A stretch of 22,570 nucleotides of DNA from Candidatus Dadabacteria bacterium. GTDB lineage: Bacteria > Desulfobacterota_D > UBA1144 > Nemesobacterales > CSP1-2. The position numbers and the translations under genes are program-made. Numbering within the stretch: position 1 is the first letter of the stretch; every line of letters begins with the position of its first letter. Of the stretch, positions 17,479-22,570 are shown piece by piece. A model generated the notes under the pieces. It ran no database searches. It saw only the letters and a list, made by a program, of their open reading frames with translations, and was not told where the DNA came from. The stretch is from assembly GCA_040289575.1 (NCBI GenBank), contig PSLL01000036.1, positions 1 to 22,570 on the forward strand. Direction: 5' to 3'.

Positions 17479-19599
17479 TTAAATAAATAGGGGTGCAAGA
17501 ACAAGCGTGATTGTGGAGAGGAGTTTTATAAGGACGTGTATTGAGGGACCCGCCGTGTCTTTAAATGGGTCGCCCACAGTATCACCCACCACTGCGGCTT
17601 TATGGGCATCAGACCTCTTTCCCCCATACATCCCAGTTTCTATAAACTTCTTTGCGTTATCCCATGCGCCTCCCCCGTTATTCATAAGGGTTGCAACGAG
17701 GATTCCGCTGATGGTTCCGACCATAAGAAATGCAGCCACTGTCTCAGCACCAAGACCAAATCGCTTGAATACAAGCCCCACCAATACAGGCATACCAACA
17801 GCAAGAATTCCTGGAGGAACCATCTCTTTGAGCGCGCCCTTTGTAACGATGTCAACAGACCTTGCATAATTCGGTTTTGATGTCCCCTGAAGAATACCTG
17901 GATTCTCCTTAAACTGAGCGCGAACATCATTGATTATATAGTAAGCCGCACGCGCAACAGCTCTGATCGCAAGGGCACTGAAGAGAAAAACAAGCATTGC
18001 CCCAAGAAGACCACCCACAAAAACCTGAACCTTAGCAATATCAACCGAGTGAAAGGCACGACCCGTAATATGGGTTATCTCATCCAAGTAGGCAGAAAAG
18101 AGCAGAAATGCCGCAAGAGCCGCAGAGCCGATTGCATATCCTTTTGTAAGGGCCTTGGTTGTGTTTCCTACAGCATCAAGCCTATCCGTTTTGTTCCTGA
18201 TCTCTTCTGGCTGTTTACTCATCTCAACAATTCCGCCCGCATTATCCGTAATAGGCCCGAACGTATCCATGGCAAGGATGTATGCAGCTGTTCCGAGCAT
18301 ACCCATTGTGGCGATTGCGGTGCCGTAGAGTCCAGCACCGATTGTAGAAATATCGGTGTACTCCCTTAACCCATAAACCCCGCAGTAATATGCCCCGACG
18401 AGTGCCGCCGAGATTGCAATCACGGGAAGCGCAGTGCACTCAAGCCCGACTGAAAGCCCGGCTATTATGTTTGTTGCAGGCCCCGTTTGAGACGCCTCAG
18501 CAATAAACTTCACAGGGCGATATCTATACTCCGTATAGTACTGTGTAATAAAGACGAATACAATGCTCGTTACAATTCCTATAACACCGGCAATAAACAG
18601 CCAGAAGTTATGGTTAAGTAGGAAAAATGTGGCTACATAGAACCCTATAGCCGCCAGTATGCAGGCAACATAATATCCGCGATTTAGGGCAGACATCGGG
18701 TCCTCTTTATCATCTTTTAATCCTACCATCGCGATTCCGACCATAGAGGCAATAAGTCCAAGCGCACGCGCAACCAGAGGAAAGAGAATCCCCTTTATAC
18801 CGAAGTGAGGGAAGAGGGCAACCCCAAGGATCATAGCGCCTATATTTTCAGCCGCTGTGGATTCAAATAGGTCCGCGCCACGCCCCGCACAATCACCGAC
18901 ATTATCGCCCACGAGGTCTGCAATAACGGCGGGATTTCTAGGGTCATCCTCCGGGATTCCGACCTCCACCTTTCCCACAAGGTCGGCTCCCACATCGGCG
19001 GCTTTTGTGTATATCCCACCACCAAGCTGGGCAAAAAGAGCAACAAAACTCGCTCCAAATCCATACCCAACTATTAGAAACGGAACCCTTTTTATAAGCT
19101 CTGTATTATCCGTTGCACCACCATAAAGGGTAAAAATGATTCCTACTCCGAGAAGGCTCATAGCAACTATTGTAACCCCTGAAACCGCCCCGCCACGGAG
19201 GGATATTTTGAGTGCCCTATCCAAGCTTGATCTGACGGCGCTTGCCGTGCGTATGTTTGACCTGATTGAAATCCACATCCCTATATAGCCCGCAAGAGCC
19301 GAGCATCCGGCACCAAAAAGAAAGGCCACGGTGGTACGCCATGCCATATCGGGATCATCCTTTGCAAACCAATAAAGCACGAAGATAAGAGCGGCAAGAA
19401 CAATACTCAGCATTATTATGGTTGAATACTGCCTCTTTAGGAATGCCTCGGCACCCTCTTTAATGGCGTTGCTTATCTCCTGCATTGCCGATGTTCCAGT
19501 ATCATTGCTAAGCACAAACTTAGCTAGATACCCAGCAAAACCGAGTGAAATCACACTTATACCTAAAACAATTACCAGAAGCACGTGGGCAAGTTGCAT
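17479..19599 (-). CDS. hppA: Membrane-bound pyrophosphatase, K+-independent H+-translocating type
   Basis: GGIYTKAADVGADLVGKVE, EDDPRNP, DTVGDPFKDTAGPS; GNTTKA signature. Confidence 0.95.
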   Translation of the reverse strand: MQLAHVLLVIVLGISVISLGFAGYLAKFVLSNDTGTSAMQEISNAIKEGAEAFLKRQYSTIIMLSIVLAALIFVLYWFAKDDPDMAWRTTVAFLFGAGCSALAGYIGMWISIRSNIRTASAVRSSLDRALKISLRGGAVSGVTIVAMSLLGVGIIFTLYGGATDNTELIKRVPFLIVGYGFGASFVALFAQLGGGIYTKAADVGADLVGKVEVGIPEDDPRNPAVIADLVGDNVGDCAGRGADLFESTAAENIGAMILGVALFPHFGIKGILFPLVARALGLIASMVGIAMVGLKDDKEDPMSALNRGYYVACILAAIGFYVATFFLLNHNFWLFIAGVIGIVTSIVFVFITQYYTEYRYRPVKFIAEASQTGPATNIIAGLSVGLECTALPVIAISAALVGAYYCGVYGLREYTDISTIGAGLYGTAIATMGMLGTAAYILAMDTFGPITDNAGGIVEMSKQPEEIRNKTDRLDAVGNTTKALTKGYAIGSAALAAFLLFSAYLDEITHITGRAFHSVDIAKVQVFVGGLLGAMLVFLFSALAIRAVARAAYYIINDVRAQFKENPGILQGTSKPNYARSVDIVTKGALKEMVPPGILAVGMPVLVGLVFKRFGLGAETVAAFLMVGTISGILVATLMNNGGGAWDNAKKFIETGMYGGKRSDAHKAAVVGDTVGDPFKDTAGPSIHVLIKLLSTITLVLAPLFI

Positions 19600-19893
19600 G
19601 TCTTATTCTCCTTCTCCTTAAAATGATTTTTAGGTCTAGGCTTAGTTTTGTTTAGAGCTAGAAGAAAGGCTCCACCCTTTTTTGATAACAAAAAAGAGAT
19701 AGACGTAGTCCAAGAACCTTCATCCTCTATCAATTTAAATGGAAACAAATTTAAGCCTAACCCTCTTAGATAGTCAAAATTTGATTTTTCAGGGAATGCA
19801 AGATAACTGGAAAACTCGGAAATTACAAGTGCTTTCTCTCCATGGTATGCCTAATACAAGATTCGACATGTAAACAGTATAATCCTCGACCAC

Positions 19894-19921
19894 TTGAAGT
19901 ATAGCCCCGATTAGCTATAAT
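19894..19921 (+). promoter_or_regulatory. sigma70-type promoter for trxA
   Basis: TTGAAG - 16 bp - TATAAT. Confidence 0.5.
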
Positions 19922-19962
19922 TTTTGTACTAAACCAAAATATATATTAAGGAGAACTCCAGA

Positions 19963-20292
19963 ATGGCAAGTGCAGAAATGGTAGAGTTAAGCGATTCAAC
20001 CTTTGAAAAAGAGGTTCTAAAGAGTGAGGAACCGGTCTTAGTTGATTTCTGGGCACCGTGGTGCGGTCCGTGCAGAATCCTAGCTCCCGTAGTTGAAGAG
20101 ATTGCAAACTCATATTCGGGACGTCTAAAGGTAGGAAAGCTCAATGTTGATGATAATCAAGAGACCACGATGGCTTATGGAATAAGAAGTATCCCTACAC
20201 TTATTATATTCAAGGATGGAAAAGCCCTCGACCAGATTATAGGAGCCGTACCTAAAAGTGAAATAGAAAGAATGGTCAAAAAGGCTCTTTAA
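19963..20292 (+). CDS. trxA: Thioredoxin
   Basis: VDFWAPWCGPC, cis-Pro IRSIPTL; SD AGGAG. Confidence 0.97.
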   Translation: MASAEMVELSDSTFEKEVLKSEEPVLVDFWAPWCGPCRILAPVVEEIANSYSGRLKVGKLNVDDNQETTMAYGIRSIPTLIIFKDGKALDQIIGAVPKSEIERMVKKAL

Positions 20293-20443
20293 CTTGTGTA
20301 AATCAGGTTATACAAGCCTAGATATAGTGAAATCGAAAGCGGATAATTCATATTCTCTATATTTTCGTCATAACCTTCCGTTAACTCTGATTTATTAAAA
20401 AGCAGATTTGAACCCATATTAAAGCTCAAATCAGGATGGTTAG

Positions 20444-20557
20444 AAAAAATACCCCCCTGCGCGCACATGGGATGTGCATTGAAAGAGTTTGACCCGTGTT
20501 GGAGACTCTCGCGCGGCCAATTAATAAACCGCCGTTAACCCCTTCAGAGGCAATACC
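20444..20557 (-). ncRNA. Candidate structured RNA of about 110 nt downstream of speD
   Basis: Closing stem GCCUCUG/CAGGGGG enclosing three hairpins and followed by a U-tract; G-U pairs favour the minus strand; TATAAT directly upstream. Confidence 0.45.
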
Positions 20558-20592
20558 AATTATAGTTTTCGAACACAACCAGTCATCCATAG

Positions 20593-20976
20593 CTAGATGG
20601 ATCTGAGACTCAATCGGCCCTCCAGATGAGGAACTTCACCCCTAATAATTTCACGAACACTACACTCTCTGGAGTCGAGACTCAGTTTAAGATGGTGAAA
20701 TGCCACCCAAGGATCAACCTTTGTACCGCAGGTAAATATGTCCACAGCTGCATATCTGTATTCAGGCCATGTGTGAATTGCGATATGAGATTCGGCAATC
20801 ACCACCACCCCACTCACCCCCTGGGGCGAAAAGTAATGAAACGAGCTTTCCAGCACGGTAGCTCCACATCGAGAGGCCGCCTCAAGCATATGCCATTTGA
20901 TTTTCTCCAAACTGTTTAGAATTTCAGGGTCGCACCCATGGTATTCCGCCAACAGATGCCTCCCTAGAGCCTTCAA
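20593..20976 (-). CDS. speD: S-adenosylmethionine decarboxylase proenzyme (short, class 1B type)
   Basis: [43 protein letters not shown] (E|SH pyruvoyl cleavage site); TTG start with AGGAGG. Confidence 0.93.
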   Translation of the reverse strand: MKALGRHLLAEYHGCDPEILNSLEKIKWHMLEAASRCGATVLESSFHYFSPQGVSGVVVIAESHIAIHTWPEYRYAAVDIFTCGTKVDPWVAFHHLKLSLDSRECSVREIIRGEVPHLEGRLSLRSI

Positions 20977-21019
20977 TCTCTCCTCCTTTGTTCCACAAGA
21001 ATTTTTCGCAAAGACTCAA

Positions 21020-21110
21020 AATATACCTTCTTGCGTTAAAAAGTCAAACAAAGAATGATAGATAGAAAGGAAAAAAATCCCTTGCAAAAATTTCTATATA
21101 GTAATATTAT
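21020..21110. promoter_or_regulatory. Divergent sigma70 promoters for speD and the GYD gene
   Basis: Minus: TTGACT (21047-21042) - 16 bp - TATATT; plus: TTGCAA (21082-21087) - 17 bp - TATTAT (21105-21110). Confidence 0.5.
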
Positions 21111-21155
21111 CTTAATTGCCCTATTGCCTTAAAACCCTAAATGAGGAGGAATCAG

Positions 21156-21446
21156 ATGGCTACGTACATAATGCTAAGTACCCTCACAGATGAGGGAAGA
21201 AAAACAGTAAGAATGAGGCCAGAGAGGATTAAAGAGGTAAATAAAGAACTGGAGAAGATGGGTGTCAGGGTGGTTGCCCAATATGCAGTGCTAGGGCCGT
21301 ATGACTTTGTAAACATTGTCGAAGCCCCGGATAATGAGACCATATCAAAGGTCTCGATTGACCTAGGCTCTCGCGGTACGGTTCAGCTTATGACACTCGT
21401 AGCAATTCCAATAGATGAGTTTGAACATAAGCTAAAAGAAGGCTAG
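21156..21446 (+). CDS. GYD domain protein
   Basis: MATYIMLSTLT..G, LGPYDFVNIVEAPD; ATG 21156 follows GAGGAGG. Confidence 0.88.
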   Translation: MATYIMLSTLTDEGRKTVRMRPERIKEVNKELEKMGVRVVAQYAVLGPYDFVNIVEAPDNETISKVSIDLGSRGTVQLMTLVAIPIDEFEHKLKEG

Positions 21447-21530
21447 ACCAGAGAGAACAAAAGCTGGATTTCGGATCTTGTATCTGATTTAAATCCAATT
21501 TGACTCCGGAGTCAGTCTAAGAGGTAAGAG

Positions 21531-21905
21531 ATGGTGAGTAAAAAAAGATTTTTATTTTTTATGATCCCGATCATAGGTGTTCTTCTTTTTGCTTCCTCTC
21601 TAACCCTAGCAGAGGAAGAAAAGGGAAACTTGAGGGGGCAATTAAATCCACAGGCTGTCAATACTCTGGGTGAAGAGTTCAGTGTGCTCCGCAAGGTCCT
21701 AGATGGACTTTATGGATCAGACCCTAATGATCTTCTGTGGAATCGCGCGGATGATATAATCGCATTAGATAGCTCACTTTTTCAGAAAGGCGGCTTCGAG
21801 GGGATTGTTCCTGCTGTCTATTTCTCTCTAAACCAGCAAGACGTTTTGCCTTCTATAAAGTTCTCCACTATTGGCATAGGACTGCTATTCTATCTAAATA
21901 GATAG
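21531..21905 (+). CDS. Hypothetical protein with signal peptide
   Basis: KKR plus hydrophobic stretch plus TLA-EE cleavage-like site; GAGGT SD. Confidence 0.6.
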   Translation: MVSKKRFLFFMIPIIGVLLFASSLTLAEEEKGNLRGQLNPQAVNTLGEEFSVLRKVLDGLYGSDPNDLLWNRADDIIALDSSLFQKGGFEGIVPAVYFSLNQQDVLPSIKFSTIGIGLLFYLNR

Positions 21906-21950
21906 AGGTGCAAGTAGTAATAAACACCGTAGCAAGAGAGGTTATAACAC

Positions 21951-22430
21951 ATGATTGAAACGTTTTTAGTTGAAGATAAAACCTATTACAAAGAAGCCCA
22001 ACTTGAAGTAATGAAAAGGGCGCTTATGAAGAACTTTTTGTTATCTGAGAATCCAGAGTTGGAGACAATATTCAAACACAACACACCCCAGATACGGATT
22101 TATATAAAGTTCCTAATGGGAATGCTCCCCGAGATTCTACTTAGGGCACTGAGCGAAGACCTGTGTAATTCTATAAGCGGCGCCTTTTTAAATGCCCTTG
22201 CCAACCCAAACTCTGTAGAAATCCCTTCCCTAATTTTTCATTTTGTAGGGGATTTCAGATCAATTGAGTTCAAGGTCTCCTCAAGAGACGAAAAGACCCT
22301 GCTTGAGGCATCAGAAAAGGTCATGGATAAACTATTGAGCATAGTAAAATCAGAAGGTTTCTTTTCAGAATCGGACAGCAGCACACAAACCTTCCATTAT
22401 GAGGATGGCAATTGGATTCAGTCAATTTAA
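21951..22430 (+). CDS. Hypothetical protein
   Basis: 159-aa ATG ORF with GAGG SD; no family recognised. Confidence 0.65.
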   Translation: MIETFLVEDKTYYKEAQLEVMKRALMKNFLLSENPELETIFKHNTPQIRIYIKFLMGMLPEILLRALSEDLCNSISGAFLNALANPNSVEIPSLIFHFVGDFRSIEFKVSSRDEKTLLEASEKVMDKLLSIVKSEGFFSESDSSTQTFHYEDGNWIQSI

Positions 22431-22570
22431 TTGTCGCACAATAGATTATTTTGTTCCTCGGCCTCGGCTCGATCCCGATCAGGTATTTCTGTCTGTTCTT
22501 TATTCTATGGGATAATTAACCTGTCAATACAAGGGGAAAATGTCACCTGTAAGTAGATTCTCAGGGGGGG

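Noticed and set aside
22503..22528. Minus-strand TTGACA...TAGAAT promoter near the right edge
   Set aside because: Spacer is only 14 bp and no convincing downstream ORF exists
1..22570. tRNA, rRNA, CRISPR, IS, integrase or prophage elements
   Set aside because: None recognised; no transposase or integrase ORF, repeat-spacer array or att-like repeats seen at the island borders

Overview
Moderately AT-rich bacterial chromosome segment. The centre (2959-16423, all + strand, 14 genes) is a nitrogen-metabolism island that interleaves two known modules. Module 1 is a Nit1C / MSMEG_0565-0572-type set: GNAT, AIR-synthase-like protein, DsrE-like NitB, radical SAM NitD and MSMEG_0565-type glycosyltransferase. 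Module 2 is an AllFGH-like set (FdrA, DUF1116, DUF2877) plus carbamate kinase. The nitrilase, MSMEG_0570 and MSMEG_0569 genes of canonical Nit1C are not in the window. A TIM-barrel amidohydrolase, a CoA-disulfide-reductase-like flavoprotein with an altered NAD-binding motif, a CDF-type transporter and a small unknown protein occupy the cluster instead. The island appears to have two promoters: a sigma70 promoter overlapped by a palindromic operator, and an internal sigma54 promoter. Flanking genes are yjbQ, a DUF1285-like gene, hemW, a cupin, K+-independent hppA, trxA, speD, a GYD protein and hypotheticals. Two candidate structured RNAs lie at about 66-130 and about 20444-20557. All family assignments are from motif recognition by eye; no searches were run.
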